The position numbers were made by a program, and so were the translations under genes. A stretch of DNA of 64,000 nucleotides from an uncultured delta proteobacterium (GTDB lineage: Bacteria > Desulfobacterota > Desulfomonilia > UBA1062), in the NCBI GenBank assembly GCA_963785235.1, contig CAWAUM010000007.1, positions 32,001 through 96,000 on the forward strand. Direction: 5' to 3'. This document shows positions 10,230 to 19,953 of the stretch, piece after piece (the stretch's first letter is position 1; every line of letters starts with the position of its first letter). The notes below the pieces were generated by a model. The model made no database searches. It was not told where the DNA came from and saw only the letters and a list, made by a program, of their open reading frames with translations.

Positions 10230-11393
10230 TTAAAGAACTTTTTTATAGATCTCGAGCATCTCGGATGCATCGAGTACGAGCCGCGGGTTGTTGACAATGG
10301 CACCGTCGCCCAAGCTGAGCTCGGCAGCCTTTACGATGTCATCCTCTTTCACCTTAAACTCTGAGAGCCTCTGGGGGTGAGAGATCTTCTTGGTGAATCC
10401 CCTCATGGCGGCAATGGCTGCCTTGGCGGCATCCATGTCATCCATGCCCTTCTCGCGTACCCCGCAGGCCTCGGCCACCATGGCATAGGCCTCGGGACAG
10501 CTCTCGAGGTTGAATTCCATGCAGTCTGCCAGCAGGATGCCGTTGGCAAAGCCGTGCGGCACATGGGCAACGGCACCGATGGAGTGCGCCAGGGCATGCA
10601 CGTTGCCCACACCGGCGATACCAAAGGCCCATCCGGCCATAGTAGCCGCGATCTGCACCTGGCCCCTTGCAACGAGGTCTGTGCCGTTCTCAACACATAC
10701 GGGCAGGTATTTGTAGAGCAACCGGATAGCATGGAGGCCCAGGGCGTCGGTTATAGGTTCATGCGGTAAGGCGTGGAGGGACTCCACAGCGTGAGTCATG
10801 GCATCCATGCCCGTGCCTGCAGTCAGGAGCTTGGGCAGCTTGGCCGTCATCTTCGGGTCAAGGATGGCAAGCCTGGGAACGTTGAAATTCTCAACGACCA
10901 AACGCTTCTGGCCCATCTCTTTATCCATGATAACTGCGACATTGGTTACTTCACTGCCTGTACCTGCTGTGGTGGGGATTACAACATGCGGGGTCTGAGG
11001 CCTTGAGAGCAGTTGGACACCATTGAAGTCCCGCAGATTGCCGCCTTCAGTAAGCAGTATGCAAATGCCTTTGGCCGTATCGATAACACTGCCGCCGCCT
11101 ACGCTGACAACGATGTCTGCACCGTTCTTTTTGGCAAAGGCAGCACCGGCATCCACTACTTCCACCCCGGTGTCCTGGGGAACATCGCTGAAGACGCCCA
11201 CGCACTTGCTGCCGAGTGCCTTCACGATGTGATCGATGAGTCCTGCATTGATGATGCCCTGATCAGTGACAACGACAGCCTTTGTGCCTCCAGAGTAACT
11301 CATCTCGATTTCAACATCTTTCGATGAATCCACCCCGAAGACAATCTTCGTTGGTCCGAAATAATTGAATGACAGATCTGAATCGTAAGCCAT
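10230..11393 (-). CDS. Iron-containing alcohol dehydrogenase
   Basis: GGGSVIDTAK, PTTAGTGSE, GMDAMTHAVE, HALAH and PHG motifs. Confidence 0.93.
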   Translation of the reverse strand: MAYDSDLSFNYFGPTKIVFGVDSSKDVEIEMSYSGGTKAVVVTDQGIINAGLIDHIVKALGSKCVGVFSDVPQDTGVEVVDAGAAFAKKNGADIVVSVGGGSVIDTAKGICILLTEGGNLRDFNGVQLLSRPQTPHVVIPTTAGTGSEVTNVAVIMDKEMGQKRLVVENFNVPRLAILDPKMTAKLPKLLTAGTGMDAMTHAVESLHALPHEPITDALGLHAIRLLYKYLPVCVENGTDLVARGQVQIAATMAGWAFGIAGVGNVHALAHSIGAVAHVPHGFANGILLADCMEFNLESCPEAYAMVAEACGVREKGMDDMDAAKAAIAAMRGFTKKISHPQRLSEFKVKEDDIVKAAELSLGDGAIVNNPRLVLDASEMLEIYKKVL

Positions 11394-11411
11394 ACCTCTC
11401 TCCTTATGAAA

Positions 11412-11846
11412 TCATGCAGGGTCATCAGGCCACTGTGTTTCGAACTTTCCAAGGATATCGACGACCTTGTTGACTACCTTGATGTTCCTCACTACATAAG
11501 GCAGGTCACCCTTCATCTTCAGCTTGCCCTGCAGGAGTCCCTTGGTGGCATCAAGCTCCTTGAGTGCAACCTGTTTCCAGCGGGAATAGTCGCCGGTCAT
11601 GACGAATTTTGCGCTCTCGGCCTTTGCCTTGTCGCACACAACGAACTCGCCCACGTCGCCGTGCCAGTAGTCCTGGAAGAGATAAACCGGCTCGGGCACT
11701 CCCTTGGACGGGTCTGCATTCACGATCAGTGAAACGCTCCCCTCCCAGCCCTTGGCGATCTCCTTGTAATCAGGGTCCGATATGATCGCTGCCTTGTATG
11801 CATCCATCCATTCCTGTGTCAATGCCTTTACTTTTGCCATAAACAA
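11412..11846 (-). CDS. SCP2 sterol-binding domain protein
   Basis: W....LDATKGLLQGKLKMKGD SCP2 signature. Confidence 0.8.
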   Translation of the reverse strand: MFMAKVKALTQEWMDAYKAAIISDPDYKEIAKGWEGSVSLIVNADPSKGVPEPVYLFQDYWHGDVGEFVVCDKAKAESAKFVMTGDYSRWKQVALKELDATKGLLQGKLKMKGDLPYVVRNIKVVNKVVDILGKFETQWPDDPA

Positions 11847-11869
11847 TACCTCCTCTTAAGGATAAGGTG

Positions 11870-13730
11870 TTATGTATAGAGTCTGTTCTTAAGTTCATCC
11901 AGGCCAAGCTCGGTAAGCATCTCTATCTTTGGGTAGCCCCTCTCGTCGAGGCCGCGCAGTGCGTAATACTCTTTCAGGAGCAGCTCGACATCAGGGTACG
12001 GAACCTGCACCCCCACCATCTTCGAGGGCTGTCAGGAGCTTCTTGGGGAGCTTGTCGTCTTTCACCGTGATGCCCAGCAGGTTGTTGAATCCGCGTTTCA
12101 GTGTCCAGTCCCTCATGCCTGCCTTGAGAAGGTCCTGGGAGCTCAGGTTCCAGCCGGTGATGGCATTGAAGGCGCCCAGGATGGTCTCGGGTTTTAATAT
12201 GTCGACAAGATAGTGGCAGATGGCCAGCGAGTTCCCTAGGATGCCGTAGTTCTCGGAATTGTAGACCAGGGCTGCCTTGCCGACACTGGTGGTGCCCTGG
12301 TAATCGTCCTTCATGTCAAAGAGCTGCGGCCAGGAGGCCATGCCCTGCTCTGTTGCGAGTACCGCATGCTGGAGGTGGCAGGCGCCCCTGTTGGACATCA
12401 TGTAGGCAAGCCCCATTCCGTGGAACCCTCTGGGGTCGTGCATGGGGGCCTCAAGGCCCTTGACCGAGACCACTAAGTCAATGGCGCCTTTGCCGATCTT
12501 AAGGGCTGCCTTCACGCTCCCTTCGGCCAGGATATCACCGAATCCCTCCCGGTAGGCGATCTTCTTGATTAGTGCAATCACTGCATCCATGTTACCCCAG
12601 GTAAGATCGAGCCCACCCAGGTCGTCTTTTGTAATAATGCCCTTTTCATAGAGCTCCATGGCAAGGGCAATGGCCGAACCGCAACTGATAGTGTCCATGC
12701 CGTACTTGTTGCAGAGCTCATTGGCCTTGATCACGGCAGCCAGATCAGGGTTCATCATCATGGTGCCGAAGGTGCCGCATGTCTCATATTCGGGGCCGGG
12801 GCCTTCATCGGTCTTGAAGGGGCCATCGTCCACCTTGACCACCCTTTTGCAGGCAACCGGGCAGTTCGAGCATGCGTGCGCCTTGGTAAGGTAGCTCTCC
12901 TTCATGGTGGGTCCGCTCAGGCTGGAGGAGAGCATGAAGTCCTCTCCCACGGTCCAGTTCTTGATGGGTACATCACCTGAGATCATCCCGAGGTCCATGT
13001 TGGCGTCGGATCCCATCTGGTGGAGGCCGTCCGCAAGGGCGGAGTCTTTCACCTCCTGCATGGCTTCCTTCAAGTACTGCTTATACTTCTCTTCATCGGC
13101 CTTGGTGAGTTTTTTGGAGCCCTTCACAATGATGGCCTTCAGGTTCTTGGAGCCCATGACGGCACCGAGGCCTGTCCTTCCGCTGAAATGGCCCTTGTCA
13201 TTTCCGATGGCGGCTATCTTTACAAGATTCTCTCCGGCAGGCCCGATAGTAAGGACCTTAAGCGATTTGTCCGGCGCCTTGAGAATGTCGGTGGCTTCAT
13301 AGATGTCCTTGCCCCATAAATGCGATGCATCCATGATCTGCGCACCATCATCCGTTATGGATATGTACACGGGGGTATTCGCCTTTCCTTCTATTAATAT
13401 ACCATCGTATCCTGCGCGTTTCAGATCCGGGCTGAAGGTGCCCCCGCAGGAGGATTCACCCCATATCCCTGTCTGGGGAGATTTTGCACAGATGGTGAAC
13501 CTTGACGTGCCGGGGAATCCGCTGCCTACCATAGGGCCTGTCATGATCATGAAAGGGTTTCCCGGGGCCAGGGGGTCGAGATCAAGCGGATACCTGTCGA
13601 GAAAGAGCTTGGCTGCGAGGCAACTCCCGCCGATGCATTTTTTCAATGTGGCATCATCAATGGTGAAATCAGAACAGGTCGCATTTGTTAAATTAACATG
13701 TAAGAATTTCCCTGCGTACCCACCGCCCAT
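11870..13730 (-). CDS. Tungsten-dependent aldehyde:ferredoxin oxidoreductase family protein; C-terminus restored by removing one base at about 11995
   Basis: KSPQTG, IGPAGE, GRTGLGAVMGSKNLKAI, CSNCPVAC, GPEYET, GMDTIS, HDPR and RGACH motifs. The other frame continues PDVELLLKEYYALRGLDERGYP...LYT* to 11870. Confidence 0.9.
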
Positions 13731-13766
13731 GTGACCACCTCCGGTATTTATTTTCGATAATATTGT

Positions 13767-13794
13767 ATTATAGTCTTATCAGAGAAAAAATCAA
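13767..13794 (-). promoter_or_regulatory. sigma70-like promoter of the AOR operon
   Basis: Minus strand TTGATT-N16-TATAAT, 36 nt upstream of the ATG, which has a GGAGGT RBS. Confidence 0.55.
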
Positions 13795-14113
13795 ATCCTT
13801 GATCATCGCTGAAAGCTGATCATCTTGGTGCCAGAGACGTTTCCATGCTTAACCCCTTATAATGTTGTTACTATTAAAAAAGGGAGTGGTTACAATCTGC
13901 AGTCACAATTATTGTGCAGTGCACCTAATTCAAAATTCAAAACGTAATTATATTATACTAATAATCTCTCATTGAATTCAATCAAGGGGGAAGCTAATCT
14001 TATGTAGTGGCTGCTTGTAGTGCAATGTAGCTGAATATATTACAAATGATGTTTTAGAATATAAAAGATTGATTGGCATTATGTAAGAGAGTAAAAACGA
14101 TATTTAACAAAGA

Positions 14114-14770
14114 TCACTTATTCTCACCCCAGTGGACAGCATATCGTACGAGTTCTGCAGAATTCTTTAACTGAAGTTTTTCTTTGATTCTCTCACGGTA
14201 TGTGCTGATAGTGCTTACGCTCAGGTTCATTTCATCGGCAATATCACTGGTTGACATTCCTTTTCCGATCCTTCTCAATACCTCAAGCTCCCGGTCGGAA
14301 AGGTTCTCAACAGGTGACTTCTCAAAAGTATCCTGGCCTGTCCTCACCCTGTTCAGGAGATTGCCCATGATGCTCTCGCTGACATAGATGTTACCCTGTA
14401 AAATATGTCGAATGGCTTTTACAATGGATTTTGAGGTCTCCTGCTTCATGATATAGCCTTGTGCTCCGGCCTGAAGAGATCGTTCGGCGTAGAGGAGCTC
14501 GTCGTGCATGGACAGAACAAGTACCTTCATATTCTTATGAAAGGTGCTGATCTCTTTGATGAGATCCATGCCGTTACTCCTTTTCAAGGTGATATCTATA
14601 ATGACCAAATCAGGATGGAATTCTTTTATGAGGGTCCTGGCTATGTCTACATCTTCCGCCTCGCCACACACGGTAAGATCATGTTCATGGTTGATCAATT
14701 CTTTGATTCCAAGCCGGAAAATTTCATGATCTTCTACAATTAATATCTTAACCATCTTTGAGCTGTTCAT
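14114..14770 (-). CDS. NarL/LuxR-family response regulator
   Basis: ILIVEDH, DITL, LSMH and GYIMK receiver motifs; LSDRELEVL...TYRERIKEKL HTH. Confidence 0.93.
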   Translation of the reverse strand: MNSSKMVKILIVEDHEIFRLGIKELINHEHDLTVCGEAEDVDIARTLIKEFHPDLVIIDITLKRSNGMDLIKEISTFHKNMKVLVLSMHDELLYAERSLQAGAQGYIMKQETSKSIVKAIRHILQGNIYVSESIMGNLLNRVRTGQDTFEKSPVENLSDRELEVLRRIGKGMSTSDIADEMNLSVSTISTYRERIKEKLQLKNSAELVRYAVHWGENK

Positions 14771-14775
14771 ATCAT

Positions 14776-16641
14776 TTATTTCCAAATACTCGTTTCATTA
14801 TGTCCATCATACTTGAAAGATAAAGTTACTTTGGTTCCTTTGTTCTGATGGCTGGATATTCTTAAATCCGCGCCTATCACATTTGCCCGGAAATTCATAA
14901 TCTTGAGACCCATACCCTGTGGGTCCTCATGGTTTTGTATTCCTCTACCATTATCTTCGGTGGTCAGGGTCACCATATTATTTTCATACAATAAATCAAT
15001 AGTAATTCTATCTGCCTTCCCATGCCTGATTGCATTATAAATGGCTTCATGGACTATATAGTATATATGGGTACATATGGATATGTCATCGATTAAGATG
15101 GATCGCTGATAATGGAACCTGCAGGTAATCCCATGTACCTCGTGTATGTTTGATGCCATTTCCTGCAACAGTGACTCAAGCCCGTGGTCAGCAAGGAAGA
15201 CCGGGCATAATCCTCTGGAGAGTCTCCTTGTTTTTTGAATGGCCTGTTCGATCAGGCTCCTGATCTTTTCAACTTCACCGGTTGAAGGAACGCTGTTTTC
15301 CTGGAGCTTTTTTTTCAACAACTCGCTCATGACTTCAATGCCTATGAGATGTGGTGCGAGGTCGTCATGCAGGTCCTGGCCGATTTTCTGCCGCTCCCTT
15401 TCACCAATAATCAGGATCTCCTTTTCCAAGGTCTTTTTTTCAGTGACATCTTCTATGGTGGCTATCATGCACAGCTCATCGGCGAGCATGATCATCTCGG
15501 CTGATATTGTGACCATCCTGATTTCTCCGGTGCTGGTGTAGAATTCTGTTTCATATCCACGGACCTGTCCTTGACCCTGAAGGGTTTGGACTATGCGGTG
15601 ATAATCAGAGATTGTATTGAAGAGGCCTATTTCTTTAAGTGACCTCCCGAGAACTGAATCTCTTGAAAAACCGCATATCTTGAAAAAACTTTCATTAACA
15701 TTGAGAAAGCAGCCATCGAGCACTCTCCATATTACAATTCCTACAGGGCTTGATCTGAAGGCCTTTGAGAACATCTCTTCTGAGTTTCGTAAAGAGTGGG
15801 CCAGGATATTCACCGATTGACTGATGACACCGATTTCTCCCTTGGCCAACAATGGTATAGGCTCTACGATCAGATTACCCTTTTCGAGTTCTTCCAGGGT
15901 ATCCAAAGTCATTCTTAATCCTGACTGTATACCTGCATTCGATTCATGCACGGTTACAAAGATGGCAGCCAGCGAAAGGGCCAGGATAATAAAAACATTA
16001 ATGGAGAGGTCACTAAGACTGATGGCCTGGAGATGGGATATGAATAAAAAATGACCAAGGGTGATCAGTGGGATGATAAGAACGGAGATAACGATGAGTG
16101 TAGTCCTGGAAGAGACACTGAATAGGGTATATGAGTCCCGGGGGAGGTGTACGCCTTTGATGCGATCATCCATGAGGACAGGCGAAAGGAGATGTTCAGT
16201 AGTGCAATAGGATATAATGCTGTTTATGGGTATACACAGAAGCAGGATAAAGAATACCGGCAATGTCTCAAACCATGTAATACCAACCGATGACTGTAGA
16301 ATTGCATATTGGCATGCAAGGCCGAGGACCCATCGAAGAGCAATGACAATGCTCTCGGTTGTGGGGTAGGAGAGAAGATCAAGCTTGATCGTTGCATAGT
16401 CTTCTGTCCCCCTATTAAGGGCATTCAAGATTCCGGTAAGCTTCCAGATCCGGATGGACATGCCGAAGAGTGTTGCAAGGGTTGCTGAGATTATAGCAGT
16501 ATAGATAACATATAATAATTTTTCCCCCTGAAACATCCCTGCTATTGTTCCGTAATATAAAGCCAAAGGAACAACAATGAGATTAATGTATAGTTCGAGT
16601 CGTAAGGTGAGTTTTGTAATTAATCCTTTTGTAGAAATCAT
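14776..16641 (-). CDS. Membrane sensor histidine kinase (multi-TM, HAMP-like, PAS, HisKA_3, HATPase)
   Basis: ERQKIGQDLHDDL, EAIYNAIRHG, DNGRG and GMGL motifs; PAS region FRSSPVGI...NVNESF. Confidence 0.92.
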   Translation of the reverse strand: MISTKGLITKLTLRLELYINLIVVPLALYYGTIAGMFQGEKLLYVIYTAIISATLATLFGMSIRIWKLTGILNALNRGTEDYATIKLDLLSYPTTESIVIALRWVLGLACQYAILQSSVGITWFETLPVFFILLLCIPINSIISYCTTEHLLSPVLMDDRIKGVHLPRDSYTLFSVSSRTTLIVISVLIIPLITLGHFLFISHLQAISLSDLSINVFIILALSLAAIFVTVHESNAGIQSGLRMTLDTLEELEKGNLIVEPIPLLAKGEIGVISQSVNILAHSLRNSEEMFSKAFRSSPVGIVIWRVLDGCFLNVNESFFKICGFSRDSVLGRSLKEIGLFNTISDYHRIVQTLQGQGQVRGYETEFYTSTGEIRMVTISAEMIMLADELCMIATIEDVTEKKTLEKEILIIGERERQKIGQDLHDDLAPHLIGIEVMSELLKKKLQENSVPSTGEVEKIRSLIEQAIQKTRRLSRGLCPVFLADHGLESLLQEMASNIHEVHGITCRFHYQRSILIDDISICTHIYYIVHEAIYNAIRHGKADRITIDLLYENNMVTLTTEDNGRGIQNHEDPQGMGLKIMNFRANVIGADLRISSHQNKGTKVTLSFKYDGHNETSIWK

Positions 16642-17161
16642 ATATTGTTATGGGCGCCTTTACGCCGGCATAGAATATTGATCAGCCCCATACAAACCTG
16701 GTTGATATTTTCATAGCAGAGCCAATTGCAAAAGTCCAAGATTGTCATTTCCGAGAAAGCTTCGAACCCAGTCTTTTCAAGAACTTCTGGCCCCACGCTT
16801 TCGCTGGGGTGACACCTTTTAAAGTTTTGCAATTGGCTCAGCAGTTTAATCTTTGCTTGGTAAACCATTATGATTTTTTGATTATCCAGGAAAAGCTTTT
16901 CTTCGTATAGTGGAAAAAAAATTCACATAACTAAATATTATCCACTAGCATAAATATTCATAACTGATTGAAATAACTAGTTACGATAAAACAACTACTA
17001 GACAACACCTGATAATCGACTGAGGGTAGTTTCGTAATTTATTTGCCCAATCTTGGCACGTTTCGTGAGTATCATTGGGTCATGATCAATATCCCTGAAT
17101 GGAAAAAACAACAACCGGTAAGTTGGTATTTTTCTCCGGATTTCATGAAAGGAAGGGAATA

Positions 17162-18769
17162 ATGCGAAATACAACGACAGAACCAAGGCTTGTGTCTATC
17201 AGCAGGATATCGGAACCAAAGAATCATATTTCGATATCTCCTATCATCTTGAAGAAGATCTATTCCATTGGAAGCCTGAAGAATGTCGAAGACGGAGTAT
17301 CATTCACTATTAAAAACCCTATGAAAGATGGTTTGATTACAGGTATTTCAGGTATTTGCATCAATGGCCTCGAAATCCCTTTGGATAATGTGGTCATGAG
17401 AAACAACGGAACACGTCTCAAGGCCAGCGAGATAAATCCTGACCAGCCGTTACCTTTCCCTATGGGCATGGATGTTGAGTTTCATGCACGGGCTATAGCC
17501 CTTGCGAAGAACATCGAACACCAGATCACCATATCCTGCCATACTGATCCATATGGTTCTTTTGATCTTGAAGCAACAGACGCAGTTATCGAAACGAGAT
17601 CAACCCAGAAGAAGATACCCTGTGACAAACAGGCCAACTACGACATGGACATTGTCAGAGCGCGACAGGATTTTGTTGAAGAATTCACTGGTGTTCACCT
17701 GCACCATGTAAAGCACCATTCATTTGACCCTCTTGTTACGAAGGGCAATATTGAGAACTTCAGTGGCGTGGCGCAGGTCCCACTGGGATTTGCCGGACCG
17801 TTGAAGGTCAATGGAGAGCATGCCAAGGGAGAATTCCTCATCCCCCTGTGCACAAGCGAAGGGACATTGGTGGCATCTTATAACAGGGGCATGAAAATCA
17901 TCAACATGTGCGGGGGTATAACCACTACAGTTATGGAAGACCGCATGCAGAGGGCCCCGGCTTTTGCATTTGAATCAGCACGGCAGGCCAGGGACTTCGT
18001 GGCATGGCTTGATGACCATATGGATGAGATCAGAGAACAGGCTGAGTCCGGCTCCAGGGTAGCAAAGCTCATCAGTATAGAGAGATATATGGCCAGCAAA
18101 TTCGTATATCTTCGCTTCAATTATTTTACCGGGGATGCAGCTGGGCAGAATATGGTGAGTATGGCCACTTTTACGGCTTGCAGCTGGATACTATCCCAGG
18201 TGAATAATATCAGTCATTTCTACATGGAATCTAACTTCGCCACTGATAAGAAAGCCTCAATGATCAACACCTTGAACACACGTGGGAAGAGGGTTGTGGC
18301 GGAGATCGTCATCCCCAGGGATGTCATGATACAAAATATGAGAGTAGACCCTGAGACATTGGATCATCTGTGCAGGGTATCAAATCTTGGATCCTTTATT
18401 GCTGGATGCTCAGGCAATGGGCTCCATTCGGCCAATGCATTGGCTGCACTGTTCATAGCCACAGGCCAGGATGTAGCAAACATATCAGAGTCATCCACTG
18501 GATTAATTTTTACTGAAATAACTCCAGAAGGCGATCTTTATGCCTCACTGACCCTCCCATCGTTGATTGTTGCAACCTACGGGGGAGGAACTGCACTTCC
18601 TACGCAGAAAGAATGCCTGGATACCCTTGGATGCTATGGCCAGGGAAAGGTCTTAAAGTTTGCAGAGATCGTTGCAGCAGTAGCAATGGCAGGTGAGATA
18701 TCTCTCGCCGGTGCTCTCTCGTCACTGGATTGGGTTACGAGCCATGAGCGTTTCGGGAAAAATCGCTAG
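17162..18769 (+). CDS. Class I HMG-CoA reductase with an extra N-terminal domain
   Basis: NIENFSG, TSEGTLVAS, TGDAAGQNM, TDKK, RGK, ATGQD, YGGGT, AGEIS and C-terminal SH motifs. Confidence 0.9.
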   Translation: MRNTTTEPRLVSISRISEPKNHISISPIILKKIYSIGSLKNVEDGVSFTIKNPMKDGLITGISGICINGLEIPLDNVVMRNNGTRLKASEINPDQPLPFPMGMDVEFHARAIALAKNIEHQITISCHTDPYGSFDLEATDAVIETRSTQKKIPCDKQANYDMDIVRARQDFVEEFTGVHLHHVKHHSFDPLVTKGNIENFSGVAQVPLGFAGPLKVNGEHAKGEFLIPLCTSEGTLVASYNRGMKIINMCGGITTTVMEDRMQRAPAFAFESARQARDFVAWLDDHMDEIREQAESGSRVAKLISIERYMASKFVYLRFNYFTGDAAGQNMVSMATFTACSWILSQVNNISHFYMESNFATDKKASMINTLNTRGKRVVAEIVIPRDVMIQNMRVDPETLDHLCRVSNLGSFIAGCSGNGLHSANALAALFIATGQDVANISESSTGLIFTEITPEGDLYASLTLPSLIVATYGGGTALPTQKECLDTLGCYGQGKVLKFAEIVAAVAMAGEISLAGALSSLDWVTSHERFGKNR

Positions 18770-18804
18770 GACATAAACGGATAACAGAAAAGGAGAGCTG
18801 AAAT

Positions 18805-19872
18805 ATGAGTACCATGGCGCAGGCAAAACCACTCGTAAGTAGTCCAAGGGAATTCTTCCCAGCCAAGGTTATCTCCATAGATGATTACAGACCCGGAACC
18901 CATGCAGGGATCAATGTCTTCACATTTGATGAGAGGATCTCCTATCTCAGAAAATACGGTGATCACTGCCTGTCATTTTCAATGCTGCAACCGGAAATGC
19001 ACTTTTTCGATATGCCCGGGGTCGGATTCATCACCTTCAGGAAGAAATGGGGTACCCGGTTCGTCCTTGCCGACCCTGTCTGTGATGTGAAAGATAGGGA
19101 ACTCCTCATCCGGGAGTTTCTCAAGGACAAGACAAACACGGCTTTTATCCAGATCTCTCAGGGTATGGCAGAATTTCTTCACGAAAAGTTCGGGTATTAC
19201 GCGACTCAGTTTGGTGTCGAATCAATCGTTGATCTTGAGAAATGGGATCTCAAGGGCAAGAAGAAACAGGTACTGAGGACATCGGTAAATCATGCTAAAA
19301 ATGAGGGTGTGACGATAGAGGAAAACAGTTCAGAAGATGGGTGCCGCCAGCTCACCAAGGAATGGCTCAAGACCCGCAAGGTCAGAAATCGCGAGGTCGT
19401 TTTTCTCATCCGTCCCATGGACCAGGAATACCAGGAAGGTACAAGAAAATTCTGTGCGTATCATGATGGAAAACTCGTTGGTTTTATCTTCTTCGATCCG
19501 CTCTATAAGGACGGCAAGGTAGTCAGCTATGTGCCCAACATCTCCCGTTTCAGCAACGATTTCAAACAGGGAATCTTTTATCCCCTCATGTGCCATGCCA
19601 TGGAAGTCTTCAAGAAAGAGGGTGTGAAGTATTTGCACCTCGGCCTGTGCCCGGCGGTTGTGGATGAGAAGGATGAGTCCTACGAGTCAAAGCTCCTGAA
19701 AATGATTGTCCGATTGCTCTATAAGTTTGGGAACATGATATACAGCTTCAAGGGATTATACTTCACCAAATCCAGGTTTGAGGGTGTAGAGCAAAAGACA
19801 TTCTGTGCACACCGAGAAATTCTGCCCTCGAAGTCCATGCTCACGGTGTTCATGATTTCCAATATTCTATAG
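18805..19872 (+). CDS. Stand-alone soluble DUF2156 / LPG-synthase C-terminal (aminoacyl-tRNA-dependent transferase) domain protein
   Basis: VLADPV, LKGKKKQVLRTSVN, YLHLGLCP, YSFKGLYFTKSRF motifs; no transmembrane segments; AAGGAG RBS. Confidence 0.8.
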   Translation: MSTMAQAKPLVSSPREFFPAKVISIDDYRPGTHAGINVFTFDERISYLRKYGDHCLSFSMLQPEMHFFDMPGVGFITFRKKWGTRFVLADPVCDVKDRELLIREFLKDKTNTAFIQISQGMAEFLHEKFGYYATQFGVESIVDLEKWDLKGKKKQVLRTSVNHAKNEGVTIEENSSEDGCRQLTKEWLKTRKVRNREVVFLIRPMDQEYQEGTRKFCAYHDGKLVGFIFFDPLYKDGKVVSYVPNISRFSNDFKQGIFYPLMCHAMEVFKKEGVKYLHLGLCPAVVDEKDESYESKLLKMIVRLLYKFGNMIYSFKGLYFTKSRFEGVEQKTFCAHREILPSKSMLTVFMISNIL

Positions 19873-19893
19873 TTTGTTTTCTTAAGGAAATAT

Positions 19894-19921
19894 CGGGCTG
19901 CAGGCGATGTGCCTCAGCCCG
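19894..19921. terminator. Hairpin between convergent DUF2156 and HAD genes
   Basis: CGGGCTG-CAGGC...GCCT-CAGCCCG followed by TATTTATTTT. Confidence 0.55.
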
Positions 19922-19953
19922 TATTTATTTTGAGGCTCATGCTCATTGATTGA

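Noticed and set aside
11991-11993. TGA ending the AOR ORF (likewise in dusB and EF-G) as possible selenocysteine codons
   Set aside because: The conserved continuation lies in a different frame, so these are frameshifts, not read-through.
17053-17069. sigma54-like promoter TGGCACG upstream of HMG-CoA reductase
   Set aside because: The -12 element reads GTGA rather than TTGC, and no enhancer-binding protein gene is nearby.
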